A DNA stretch of 64,000 nt from a virus (IMGVR_UViG_2922696095_000003:6990-70989), one strand, 5' to 3'. Shown: positions 31,731 to 41,700, counted from the stretch's first letter. Program-made: numbers and translations. The notes: generated by a model not told the origin, from the sequence alone.

Positions 31731-32180
31731 ATGTTTAAATGGATATTCACCGTACTAATTACAATCCTATTAGCTGGTTGTAGTGTGCAACAACAGGAAG
31801 CAGCCAGACCCAGCAAAACAGACCCTGTAGCCGTTCCGGTAACCCAAGTATCGGCGGACACGGTTAAGCTGGAATTTCCGTCAGATCGCTATCCTGAAAC
31901 GGCCCAGCACATCAAGGAGGCCATTGCAGCAGGTAAGTCACCAGTATGCACCATAGACCGCGAGGGGGCAGACCATAACCGTGAGTTGTCATTGAAAGGT
32001 GTACCCACCAAGAAGGGCAAGGATCGCGACGAGTGGCCTATGGCGATGTGCTCCGAAGGTGGAGAAGGTGCAGACATTAAGTACATAAGTCCAAAGGATA
32101 ATCGTGGGGCAGGTTCATGGGTAGGCCACAAGTTGGAAGAGTATAAAGATGGAACGAAAGTGGAATTTATTATTAAATAA
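31731..32180 (+). CDS. NucA/NucB-family DNase lipoprotein
   Basis: Lipobox LAGC; [26 protein letters not shown]. Confidence 0.9.
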   Translation: MFKWIFTVLITILLAGCSVQQQEAARPSKTDPVAVPVTQVSADTVKLEFPSDRYPETAQHIKEAIAAGKSPVCTIDREGADHNRELSLKGVPTKKGKDRDEWPMAMCSEGGEGADIKYISPKDNRGAGSWVGHKLEEYKDGTKVEFIIK

Positions 32181-32297
32181 AATTCTCTTCCAATGTCTTT
32201 TGACAAATTTTATAAATGGACTTATCATTGTAATGATGTCCGGCCAAAATATAAAAGCTCCTAAAAGCATGCAATATTGCGATAAAGGAGACTGGAA

Positions 32298-32411
32298 ATG
32301 AATAAATATTTCTATAGACTATTTGTCTTACTAATTAGCGGAGTATTATTGATAACGCTGGTGGGAATCCTGGGGAATAGTCTTCTGTTCTATTTTTTTA
32401 TGAAGAGTTAA
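32298..32411 (+). CDS. 37-aa single-TM peptide (not in ORF track)
   Basis: SD aaaggag; MNKYFYRLFVLLISGVLLITLVGILGNSLLFYFFMKS*. Confidence 0.5.
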   Translation: MNKYFYRLFVLLISGVLLITLVGILGNSLLFYFFMKS

Positions 32412-32961
32412 AGTGAAAATAATGAATGGGTACAAAAAGTATAAGAAGCTGTGTTATCGAAATTAGTTAAAAGATATTAAAGATACGCGATTAGACTTTT
32501 AGGGGTGTTTTGGTCGGCTCCCTAAATGGGGGCTGATCATGGCACCTTATAAACAAATATAATTATCTAATCGATTAGATAGTTGCAAAAAGAACTCTAC
32601 TGGCCTTAATAGGTCGTTAGAGTTCTTTTTGTTTAAGGAATTATCAAGTCAAACACCGAATAGCTAATTAAGGGGATCAGCATAATCTATATATAGTATT
32701 TACAGAATCACCCAAACCAATTTTACTGATAACAACACATACGGAAGCACCGTTGTGCAATCCGAAAGCATTGGTAACACCCGACTAGCTAAGCTAGTCG
32801 GGTGTTTTGTGTATTTCTACAATTAAATTCAATAAATAAAGTTCAAAAATATGTTAAAGTGTAAAAAAGAACATAATTGTATAATAATTCAAGTTGTATT
32901 ATTATTGTAAATATTGGTTGGCCAACCATACTTGCTAAAAATAAAACATAGAGGTGCTAAC

Positions 32962-33573
32962 TTGAAGAGAATAGCTAAGTATTTTGCCGCAATTTTATCC
33001 GTTATTTTATTATTTAATATTTTTGGTTTGACTGCAAGTTCAGCTGAAGAAATTACTCATCAGTCTGAAGAAGTTACTAAGGAATATGACAGACAATTGG
33101 ATAAAGTGTATGAAGAATACAAGGAAAATCAGTCTGGCGTTCAATCTGAATTTGATCAAAATCACATTACTCCGTTTGCAGCTCAACCAGCATCAATTGG
33201 TCATATAATTAAGTTTACAATACAACAACTTTTCAAAAGAGGTAGTTCTGTTGCTGTTCAAACCACAACAAGAAATGTTATAACAAACTTAACTAAACAT
33301 GCCATTGAAGAAGCTATTAAAGATGGAATTACTACTCTTATGATTGACAATCTGCTTGAAGGCAAAGCATCCGGTATGCGAGCAGTTGAAAAATATGTTG
33401 ATATTCAAACAGGAGCTCGTGTTGTCTATGACCCTAATAATAAAATAATAGCCATTTTGGATAATAGCGCGAATGATGTAATCACAATTTATAGCGATAA
33501 CGGTAAGGACACTATTAATTATCGAGTAAATGTGAAAAAACGTTGGTTTAAGTCTATGTGGAATTTTAAATAA
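32962..33573 (+). CDS. Secreted protein with putative C-terminal RNase-like toxin domain
   Basis: Signal peptide; LTKHAIEEAIKDGIT...VVYDP...VITIY pattern. Confidence 0.55.
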   Translation: MKRIAKYFAAILSVILLFNIFGLTASSAEEITHQSEEVTKEYDRQLDKVYEEYKENQSGVQSEFDQNHITPFAAQPASIGHIIKFTIQQLFKRGSSVAVQTTTRNVITNLTKHAIEEAIKDGITTLMIDNLLEGKASGMRAVEKYVDIQTGARVVYDPNNKIIAILDNSANDVITIYSDNGKDTINYRVNVKKRWFKSMWNFK

Positions 33574-33586
33574 AGAGGAGAGAACA

Positions 33587-33982
33587 ATGGCTATTCTTAA
33601 AGACAAAAATGAAGAAGGGACATGTGTTGAATTTACATTCAAATATCATATCCCGGGTGAACGTGAAGGGTGTCAGCTCAATTTTAAATACTTCAAATCG
33701 GATAAAAAGATATATGATTTGGATTTTGGGTGGACAAATATCACTGTTAAGAATTATATTGAAGCCACTTCGCAATTCCCCGTAAAAAGTTTAAATGGAT
33801 CGTATTCATCATTCGAGAAAGATCTTTATGAGTTAAACTGGGAAGAGGTTGACTCCGGCACCCTATACAAGCTGAATTTTTACGGTTCTCAACAAGATTT
33901 CTGTCTTTTTGCTACTAAAGAAGCAATAAGACAGTTCGGTGTCGATTTGCAGGCGGATTGGGATCAGGCTCCATTACATTAA
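33587..33982 (+). CDS. Putative immunity protein (WapI-like)
   Basis: Acidic 131 aa, 13 nt after toxin-like gene; FEKDL...TKEAIRQFGVDL pattern. Confidence 0.5.
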   Translation: MAILKDKNEEGTCVEFTFKYHIPGEREGCQLNFKYFKSDKKIYDLDFGWTNITVKNYIEATSQFPVKSLNGSYSSFEKDLYELNWEEVDSGTLYKLNFYGSQQDFCLFATKEAIRQFGVDLQADWDQAPLH

Positions 33983-34078
33983 ACTTAAAATTAAGGCTCG
34001 CTAGGTAACTGCGAGTCTATTTTTGTCGTTGGAGGAATTACCACATTATTCATCGAATAAATGACCGAGGTGATCAGC

Positions 34079-34312
34079 ATGAACCATACATATAAAGTGT
34101 TAAAGTCGGATATAGAATTATTTGCAGCTGCATTAAGCCAGGTGAGAGTATATGTTGTTCAGCCGCTGGGTGAGGGTTTGATAGATATCGTGGACTACGG
34201 CGGACCGGTCGAGAAATACACACCGGAGTCGATCAAGATTAACGGATCTTATTTCTTCCGTAAGCAATTTGAATTTAGAGTAGATGTGAAAAAGGACTCC
34301 GCTGGTATGTAA
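34079..34312 (+). CDS. Small conserved hypothetical protein, copy 1 of 3
   Basis: Near-identical copies at 38390 and 62720; SD gaggtg. Confidence 0.75.
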   Translation: MNHTYKVLKSDIELFAAALSQVRVYVVQPLGEGLIDIVDYGGPVEKYTPESIKINGSYFFRKQFEFRVDVKKDSAGM

Positions 34313-34533
34313 CCAGTATGGAGTCTTAAAAATTACAGATGCTTTTATAAAATATTTTAACAATCAAAAATCGACACATATATACATAATATTACAATAT
34401 TAAGCATATTGAACCGTTGTGAAATGGGTATTTATTCTTATTCAATTCTAGTATATTTTGATTATAATGATCCTTTATCCATAATATTCAATTTTGTGGG
34501 TGTAAAATAATGAATAAGAATAGGAGATAATAC

Positions 34534-35100
34534 GTGAAAAAGAAATTGAAAAGTTTATCTTTGTTAGGTGTAATAGCTTTATTGTCATTAGGTTCTAGTT
34601 CAGTTTCTGCAGAAAGTGTTACTGAAGCAACTTATGAGAAAGCGATCGACCCTTCGGGAATAGTAATTTTTGCAGAGGCTAAATATCCCGGACCAGGGAC
34701 TTATTATGAGCCCTATATGACAACGAGAGAAAAATCTACAGATTTTTCTATGGAAGTATCTAATACTGGAGCGGGCACAACTTCGGTAACGAGAACGGTA
34801 AGTATACGCAAATTTGCAGATGTCTCCATTGGTGGTGAGACTGAGCTGAATGTTATGGCCCAAAAAGTTAAAGCATCTCTTGAGGTAAAAGCCGGAGTAG
34901 ATTCTACTAAATCAGTTAGCATTACATGGTCTATTCCAGCGAAAAGTGTTTATACTATTAAAGCTGGGAGTGTAGTGGTAAAAACAAGTGGCTATATCGA
35001 AAGAGCTAATAGTTCTGGTGTGGTAGTTAGCAGCACTTATAACTCTGGACATTGGACTACTTCCGAGTTTTCCGATAGTGTATTTGTAAGAAGTTTGTAA
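34534..35100 (+). CDS. Secreted Ser/Thr-rich beta protein
   Basis: Signal peptide; alternating polar/hydrophobic strands. Confidence 0.7.
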   Translation: MKKKLKSLSLLGVIALLSLGSSSVSAESVTEATYEKAIDPSGIVIFAEAKYPGPGTYYEPYMTTREKSTDFSMEVSNTGAGTTSVTRTVSIRKFADVSIGGETELNVMAQKVKASLEVKAGVDSTKSVSITWSIPAKSVYTIKAGSVVVKTSGYIERANSSGVVVSSTYNSGHWTTSEFSDSVFVRSL

Positions 35101-35156
35101 TAATTTTATAGGAAACCAATATCCAATCTGGTTTCCTTTTTTTATACTTCAAGGGG

Positions 35157-35792
35157 GTGACAGAGATCATTTTAAGAAAAACTAGTTTATGGATTTTAGT
35201 ATTTGTAATTATAACTCTGGTTGCCTGTAGCAGTAATAATAAAGAGATGGTTACAGATAATAAAAAACTTAATCCTAGCAATAATGTAAACAATGGGACA
35301 ACTAAGAGCAAAAGTGAAGCAAGAAAGGAAGATCAGAACAATGAAAAGAGTGAGCCTTTTTTAACGGGGACTCATTTTGAAGACCCTAACGCCTTTCTTG
35401 TCTATGATTTTAAAATGTCACACGATTCCTCTGATAACTCAGTTTCCTTTCGTGTAACTTATAAATTTGGAGACACGCCTAGAAAATATATATTGGAGGG
35501 TAAACATCCATATTATTTTTATATAAGTGTTCCAGAAAGTTTAGCTAAATATTATACTTTGCCTGAAACTATACCAGTGAAGGGTGAAGAATTAATTTCA
35601 GATGACGATAATCTGAAATACCAAGTTGATATCAAAGCCTCGCTAAAAAAAGAGTTACCAAAAGATGTTATTAGTTCTATAATTAATAAACCACAAGGAT
35701 ATTCCATAACTGTATTTGAAAATCCGGATTACCCGGCTAAGCGTATAGTAGGTGTTTATGAGTTTGTGAGCACACTCCCTCCTAATACCTAA
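35157..35792 (+). CDS. Lipoprotein
   Basis: Lipobox LVAC followed by Asn/Lys-rich linker. Confidence 0.7.
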   Translation: MTEIILRKTSLWILVFVIITLVACSSNNKEMVTDNKKLNPSNNVNNGTTKSKSEARKEDQNNEKSEPFLTGTHFEDPNAFLVYDFKMSHDSSDNSVSFRVTYKFGDTPRKYILEGKHPYYFYISVPESLAKYYTLPETIPVKGEELISDDDNLKYQVDIKASLKKELPKDVISSIINKPQGYSITVFENPDYPAKRIVGVYEFVSTLPPNT

Positions 35793-35922
35793 ATTTAATC
35801 TCAGATAGGGCTTATATTAGTTTGTAATAATAACTGGTATGAGTCTTTTTAATTTTCTACAATACGCCCGACATACCTTTCAGTATAGGATTCAGAAGAT
35901 TAACATATTTCGGAGGTGCCAT

Positions 35923-36348
35923 ATGGTAAAAGGATTTGTAAGAGGATTAATTGTGTTTTTATTGGCATCCATTTTTTCCGTTCAGGGCGTTTACGCTGAA
36001 CCGGCGGTAATCAGCCAACAAGCAGCTGGGTATACGTTGGAGTTCCCAAGTTCACGTTACCCTGAAACCGGAGCACACATTAGGGATGCCATTGAAGCCG
36101 GACATTCTGCTGTATGTACAATTGATCGGGATGAAGCTGAGGAAAACAGGAAGGAGTCTCTAAAGGGCTATCCGACTAAAAAAGGATATGACCGCGATGA
36201 ATGGCCAATGGCAATTTGTGCTGAAGGCGGTGCAGGTGCAGATATCCGATACATAACCCCTAGTGATAACCGGGGAGCAGGATCATGGGTAAGTCATCAG
36301 TTAGATAAGTATGCTGATGGAATAAAGGTAAGATTTATAGTGAAATAA
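35923..36348 (+). CDS. Secreted NucA/NucB-family DNase
   Basis: Signal peptide; [24 protein letters not shown]. Confidence 0.9.
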   Translation: MVKGFVRGLIVFLLASIFSVQGVYAEPAVISQQAAGYTLEFPSSRYPETGAHIRDAIEAGHSAVCTIDRDEAEENRKESLKGYPTKKGYDRDEWPMAICAEGGAGADIRYITPSDNRGAGSWVSHQLDKYADGIKVRFIVK

Positions 36349-36517
36349 AGAAGAGAGACTCTAACGGTTAGCGGCCAATAGAGTCTTTTTTATACCCATT
36401 AAAAAATAATTATGCAAATATTTAGATTATATTTATAGATTAGCAAGTTTATGTTTAGACACATTTCCTCAATTAAATTATTCTTAGTTCTATTAAACAT
36501 ATTGGAGGATTACCTTA

Positions 36518-37321
36518 ATGAAAAAAGCATGTATAACAATTTTATTTTTAGTTCTTTTATCTCTTCCGGTGTCGAATGCTTTTGCAGCCGAGACAGAGTA
36601 TTCAGAAAATTTAATTCCAAAAATGACATCTAACAATTTGCCATCTGGAGTGGCAAGTGCGAGCAACGAATTTTCATACGCATATAGATCTTTTGATGGG
36701 GATTTTGCTACTATCTCTAGTGCTTGGGGATCTAACGAAAACACTGCATGGTTAAGATATGACTTTCCTAAACCTGAAGTTATTGAACAATACGTTATAT
36801 ATCCACAGACAACGGCAACCGACCGGGCCCCTAAAGATTGGACTTTTGAAGGCTCAAATGATGGGGTTACTTGGAACGTGCTAGACACTCAGTCAAATAT
36901 CACAGAATGGGTAGATAGCACTCCAAAAAAATTCACTTTTTCTAATTCTAATTCATACAAGGACTATAGAATTAATATTACAGCAAACAATGGAAGTCAG
37001 TATATAACTCTTGGCGAATTAGAGATGATGTCTAAGGTCTCAAGTTCCACTCCTAACCCAGGAACAGAGGAACCGACTCCGAACGGGGATCGTGCAATTC
37101 TAGTAGTCACCATGACAACAGGATTGGAAAAAGAATTCGACCTAAGCATGAAAGAGGTCAATGACTTTATCGCATGGTACGAAGGTAAACAGGCTGGTTC
37201 TGGATCAGCATCCTATGCCATCAATAAACATGACAACAATAAAGGCCCGTTTAGCAGCCGAAAGGATTACATGCTATATGATCGTATCCTTACATTTGAA
37301 GTAAGTGAATATTCTAAATAA
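36518..37321 (+). CDS. Secreted discoidin/F5-8-like protein with conserved C-terminal domain
   Basis: Signal peptide; SFDGD, PKDWTFEGSNDGVTW; C-terminus shared with 38766 and 63410. Confidence 0.8.
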   Translation: MKKACITILFLVLLSLPVSNAFAAETEYSENLIPKMTSNNLPSGVASASNEFSYAYRSFDGDFATISSAWGSNENTAWLRYDFPKPEVIEQYVIYPQTTATDRAPKDWTFEGSNDGVTWNVLDTQSNITEWVDSTPKKFTFSNSNSYKDYRINITANNGSQYITLGELEMMSKVSSSTPNPGTEEPTPNGDRAILVVTMTTGLEKEFDLSMKEVNDFIAWYEGKQAGSGSASYAINKHDNNKGPFSSRKDYMLYDRILTFEVSEYSK

Positions 37322-37326
37322 AATTG

Positions 37327-37363
37327 AAAAGCTCTGCTAACCTTATGGTCGGCAGAGCTTTTT
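37327..37363. repeat. Palindromic repeat family A (gctctgctaaccttaattggtcggcagagc)
   Basis: Further copies at 38301-38336, 39901-39937, 62629-62663, 62925-62963, 63615-63652. Confidence 0.9.
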
Positions 37364-37369
37364 GTTTTA

Positions 37370-38233
37370 TTAGACTATAAACTCCGTAAACACCGGACTC
37401 CGCAGTAGCCCCGCCTTAGTCCAGTTCCGTATTTTAACGCGTGCTTTAATCTTCGGCTCCACGTAAACATACTCGCGATCCTCACCAGTTATTAACTGCT
37501 TGCTAACGCCATAGAACGCTTTTTTATGCGTTGGTGTGGCTCCAAACTCAATGATACCGGATGGACGCATCTTTCCACCACTCGATGTCGGAACTCCTGC
37601 CAGCCATCCAAACTCAGCTTTCCGATAACCTGTTATGAATACGTCGGCATAGGACCAGTTAATAACCTTCTGCCACGCGGCTGAACGGCGACTGACGTAC
37701 GTACTATCCTTCCGTTTAGCAACTACGCCTTCCATATTGCGCGCTTGTATCTGATCGAATAATGCTTCCCCAGCACCTTCGATATAAGGAACAATCCCGA
37801 AATTAGCGTTAGGAAGTGTCAGTTCGGCGAGTATAGCCTTGCGCTCCATTAGTGGTAGAGAGCGTAAGTCTTCGCCTTTATAGCTCAGAATATCGAATAC
37901 AACGAATGTAACCGGCAGGGAAGCGGTTAGTTGCATGATCTTGTCCGTTTTCTTCGCCTGGAAGCGTGACATAACGGATTCAAAATCGGATATGCCAGCC
38001 ATCGGATCAACGCAGGCAATTTCACCATCCAGTACGACATCATAGGGGAACAACGCGCTAGATATCTCAGGATACTGGCGCGTGCAATCGTTGTTATGGC
38101 GCGTGAATAAGCGTACAATGCCGTTCTGTTGCGAATATATTAAGCGGTGGCCGTCTATTTTCGGCTCAAAAATATAACGCGAATCTGAGAATGGACCCGC
38201 TGCTGTTTCAAGTAACATTGGAGAAATAAACAA
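37370..38233 (-). CDS. ATP-dependent DNA ligase (LigD/LigB-type ligase domain)
   Basis: EPKIDGHR, LDGEI, VFDIL, EGVVAK, LRSPVF motifs. Confidence 0.92.
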   Translation of the reverse strand: MFISPMLLETAAGPFSDSRYIFEPKIDGHRLIYSQQNGIVRLFTRHNNDCTRQYPEISSALFPYDVVLDGEIACVDPMAGISDFESVMSRFQAKKTDKIMQLTASLPVTFVVFDILSYKGEDLRSLPLMERKAILAELTLPNANFGIVPYIEGAGEALFDQIQARNMEGVVAKRKDSTYVSRRSAAWQKVINWSYADVFITGYRKAEFGWLAGVPTSSGGKMRPSGIIEFGATPTHKKAFYGVSKQLITGEDREYVYVEPKIKARVKIRNWTKAGLLRSPVFTEFIV

Positions 38234-38389
38234 TTAGACCACCTCAAGTTAATTATAACGCTCATTTATGCAGTAGTAAGGCGGTAAGTATTGGAGAGAA
38301 AAAGCTCTGCTAACCTTAATTGGTCGGCAGAGCTTTGTGTTGAAGGGATTACCATACCGTTCATCGAATAAATTATTGAGGTGATCAGC

Positions 38390-38617
38390 ATGAACCATAC
38401 ATATAAAGTGTTAGGGTCGGATATAGAGCCGTTTGCAGCAGCATTAAGCCAGGTAAGAGTATATGTGGTACAGCCGTTGGGTAAAGATTTGATAGATATT
38501 GTGGATTACGGTGGAGTAGTGGAGAAGATTACACCGGAGTCGATTAAAATTAACGGATCTTATTTCTTGTGTAAGCAGTTTGAATTTAGAGTAGATGTGA
38601 AAGGCTCAACCGGGTAA
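38390..38617 (+). CDS. Small conserved hypothetical protein, copy 2
   Basis: Paralogue of 34079. Confidence 0.75.
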   Translation: MNHTYKVLGSDIEPFAAALSQVRVYVVQPLGKDLIDIVDYGGVVEKITPESIKINGSYFLCKQFEFRVDVKGSTG

Positions 38618-38765
38618 CTGGTATGAGTCTTACTAATACCCAATAAAAAATAAATATGCAAAAATATAGATTATATTTATAGATCAGCAAGTTTATGTTT
38701 AGACAATATGAGAGTGTTAATCTATCTTTATGGATATAGAAGATATTCATAGGGGGCTAATAATC

Positions 38766-39896
38766 ATGTCAAAGAAATTTTTGACTACCGTTCTAACTTT
38801 TTTTCTAATTAGCATCATGTTACTACCATCAGTTACACATGCAGCAACTAAAACAGTCGAGGGAATGCTTGGGTTTTCACCTCCAGATGGAACTACTGTA
38901 AAATCTAGCAGGAATTATACAACGGATTTCAATGCAGAAAAGGCAATTGATGGAAATATACAAACGCCTTGGAATGCCGGGACCTACAAAGGAAATATTG
39001 AATTAAATTTTCCAACTGCTATTGAGTTTAATTTTGTCCATATCACCACTAATGCATCACCACCAAGAGCAGTTTCATATACAATCTACGGACTAAAAGA
39101 GGGTAAATGGGTTCAAATAAGCGAAAGTATAACTCATACTTTGAAAGCTGCAAATACAACGCCACCCCCTATTAAGGTAAAGCAGGGCGCGTATAGTGGT
39201 ATAAAAATTGATGGAGATGGTGGTTCGTCTTGGTTAGCAATTACCGAAATCACTCTGGGAACGTTTGAAACCATAGATCTTACAGGCCAACCACAGAATG
39301 CGTCTGCTAACTTGAACTGGAATACAATTAAAGAAGCTACGAACTACAAAATTAATTATGGAACCCAATCCAATAAATATTCTGACTCAATTTCTGTAGA
39401 AAAAGATTCAGAAGGTAACTATGTCATTCCAAATTTGACGAACGGGACGACTTACTATTTTCAAGTAGTAGCTATTTTTAATGGAGTCGAGACTGTTGTT
39501 TCTAATGAAGTTGCAGTTACACCAAATGAAGCTAAAACGACTGAGCCGACAACACCTGACAATCCTTCAACGGGGGAGCCAAGTAAACCAAGCGAACCTG
39601 GTACAACAAATCCTGGCGAACCATCGACTGGTGAGCCTACTAATCCTCAATCACCATCAGGTAACCGCGCTATTTTGGTAGTTACTATGACATCAGGATT
39701 GGAGAAGGAATTTGACTTAAGCATAAAAGAGGTCAATGACTTTATCTCCTGGTACGAAAGTAAGCAGGCTGGTTCTGGATCAGCATCCTATGCGATAAAT
39801 AAGCATGACAATAATAAAGGTCCATTCAGCAGCCGTAAGGACTACATGCTATATGATCGTATCCTAACATTTGAAGTAAGTGAATACTCTAAATAA
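38766..39896 (+). CDS. Secreted discoidin plus FN3 protein with conserved C-terminal domain
   Basis: Signal peptide; KAIDGN; NLTNGTTYYFQVVA; Pro/Thr linker; shared C-terminus. Confidence 0.8.
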   Translation: MSKKFLTTVLTFFLISIMLLPSVTHAATKTVEGMLGFSPPDGTTVKSSRNYTTDFNAEKAIDGNIQTPWNAGTYKGNIELNFPTAIEFNFVHITTNASPPRAVSYTIYGLKEGKWVQISESITHTLKAANTTPPPIKVKQGAYSGIKIDGDGGSSWLAITEITLGTFETIDLTGQPQNASANLNWNTIKEATNYKINYGTQSNKYSDSISVEKDSEGNYVIPNLTNGTTYYFQVVAIFNGVETVVSNEVAVTPNEAKTTEPTTPDNPSTGEPSKPSEPGTTNPGEPSTGEPTNPQSPSGNRAILVVTMTSGLEKEFDLSIKEVNDFISWYESKQAGSGSASYAINKHDNNKGPFSSRKDYMLYDRILTFEVSEYSK

Positions 39897-40150
39897 ATTA
39901 AAAGCTCTGCTAACCTTAATTGGTCGGCAGAGCTTTTATCGTTTCTAACAGGTCTGTGTTAGGCTAGCATATATTTCGTTTTAGCTTCTTCATATAATTT
40001 GCCGAGGTTACGAAACTCTATTGTCGCCCTTTACCATGTTGAAAATATGTTTACTATTTAATATTTTTCGTATATATTAATATTTGGAAATTAGTTTTTC
40101 ACAAATATTTCCTACAAAACTAGATTGAATTAACAGAGGAGATTATTTCA

Positions 40151-41296
40151 ATGAGCATTTCATTAAGAATAGAACGCAAATCCGGTGGTGAACCAATCGA
40201 GTTTGTAAAAGGTGAAATCATTGGCTTTACTTATAAGAATAATAGTTCCATAAACCTTTCAGCTAAGTCTCCAAACTTGGCTCATTCGCTACATATTCGA
40301 AGCAAAATTCCGCTTCATTCGCTTCCTTCAGTTATAGACAATGCGGATAATTCCAACATGCTGTATACATGGGCAAACACAGAATATAAACCTGATAGTG
40401 AGGATTACTATCGCAAATGTAATATCCAAATCGTTAGAAATGAAAACACAATCCGAGATATTACGTTTACACACGCTTATGTAGATAAGTATCAAGAACA
40501 GATTGATACCAGCAAAGAGATCCTTGAGTTTGAACTTGTTTTAAAACAAAAAGAAGATCAATTGGGAAAAATTCAATACAGTCCTCAGTTAGAACCTAAG
40601 GAAACAAGAGAAAAGGATCAGTCTGATGTCTCGCCAAAAGTACTGGAAGGTGCATATAGTAAGAATATGTTAGTGTATGCAGGAAATAATACTTTTCCGT
40701 TTGAAAATCCTATGGTAGAACTAGAAAAGACTTGGGTACGAGGCGTAGAGAAGGTAAAAGATTCGACAGACACTGTAATACATTTTCCTGATCGTAAAGC
40801 ATTTACATTAGTAGCTGTTCCTATAGCTCGAAAGAAGTACGGGGACATCACAGCCAATTTACTTCAACATTCCCTTGATTACAAACCAGGACATTTACAC
40901 TTTAACGAGTGGTCGTATGAAGCGCAGCAAATTAAAAAATCCAAAGAACATAATATGTATGTAATTGATAAAGCAGTACAAAAAGCTAACGACAAAAAAG
41001 TTAAAAGTTTTTCAAGTGATGGGTCTATTGCAATTGAAAGTGACAGAGATTTGTATAACGCTTTTCACAAAATGAAGTACAAAATAGATGGAACATATGT
41101 AAAAGGACAATGGGAAATTACTACAATATATTATGATAAATATAATTTTGAATATAATTTTAAACAAATGTTTACTGGGGACAACAAACTCGGTTGGGCT
41201 GCGGCCAATCTAACAAATTTAATGGAATCATGGGGAACACTCAATGAGTATACATCTTATGTTACAGTAACTGATACAAAAAAGGCTTGGAAGTGA
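40151..41296 (+). CDS. Hcp/TssD-like N-terminal domain fused to putative toxin domain
   Basis: WANTE...YYRKCNIQI...IRDITFTHAYVDKYQEQID...FELVLKQK pattern; unrelated C-terminal half. Confidence 0.5.
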   Translation: MSISLRIERKSGGEPIEFVKGEIIGFTYKNNSSINLSAKSPNLAHSLHIRSKIPLHSLPSVIDNADNSNMLYTWANTEYKPDSEDYYRKCNIQIVRNENTIRDITFTHAYVDKYQEQIDTSKEILEFELVLKQKEDQLGKIQYSPQLEPKETREKDQSDVSPKVLEGAYSKNMLVYAGNNTFPFENPMVELEKTWVRGVEKVKDSTDTVIHFPDRKAFTLVAVPIARKKYGDITANLLQHSLDYKPGHLHFNEWSYEAQQIKKSKEHNMYVIDKAVQKANDKKVKSFSSDGSIAIESDRDLYNAFHKMKYKIDGTYVKGQWEITTIYYDKYNFEYNFKQMFTGDNKLGWAAANLTNLMESWGTLNEYTSYVTVTDTKKAWK

Positions 41297-41310
41297 GGTG
41301 TGAATTGCAG

Positions 41311-41700
41311 ATGAAACGCAGATACAAGATTTACATCTTGATCTCTCTACTAGTTATAACTACTACTATAATTTATCTGGCAAATTCTGGAGACGACACG
41401 ATGAGGAAGTACCCTTATGGAAAAGATACGTTAGAGTTTTTTGGAGATGGGACTTTTCAGATTTACAGGGGGGAAGGAGCGGGTGAGCCTCCAATACTAT
41501 ACACTCATCAAATTGAAGCTCCTAATTCAGTGATTGATAACGTTCTGTCTTATAAAATAGAAAAAAATATCGTATATGTGGTTGGTGAAAATAGCTTCAT
41601 TAAATTGGACTCAAGTACCAACACATATGAGAAAAAGAAACGGATTTCCGACTTTACTTCCAAAGATAGAGAGATATTTAATAAATTAACGGAAAAATAG
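41311..41700 (+). CDS. Membrane-anchored putative immunity protein
   Basis: N-terminal TM; 14 nt after fusion gene. Confidence 0.5.
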   Translation: MKRRYKIYILISLLVITTTIIYLANSGDDTMRKYPYGKDTLEFFGDGTFQIYRGEGAGEPPILYTHQIEAPNSVIDNVLSYKIEKNIVYVVGENSFIKLDSSTNTYEKKKRISDFTSKDREIFNKLTEK

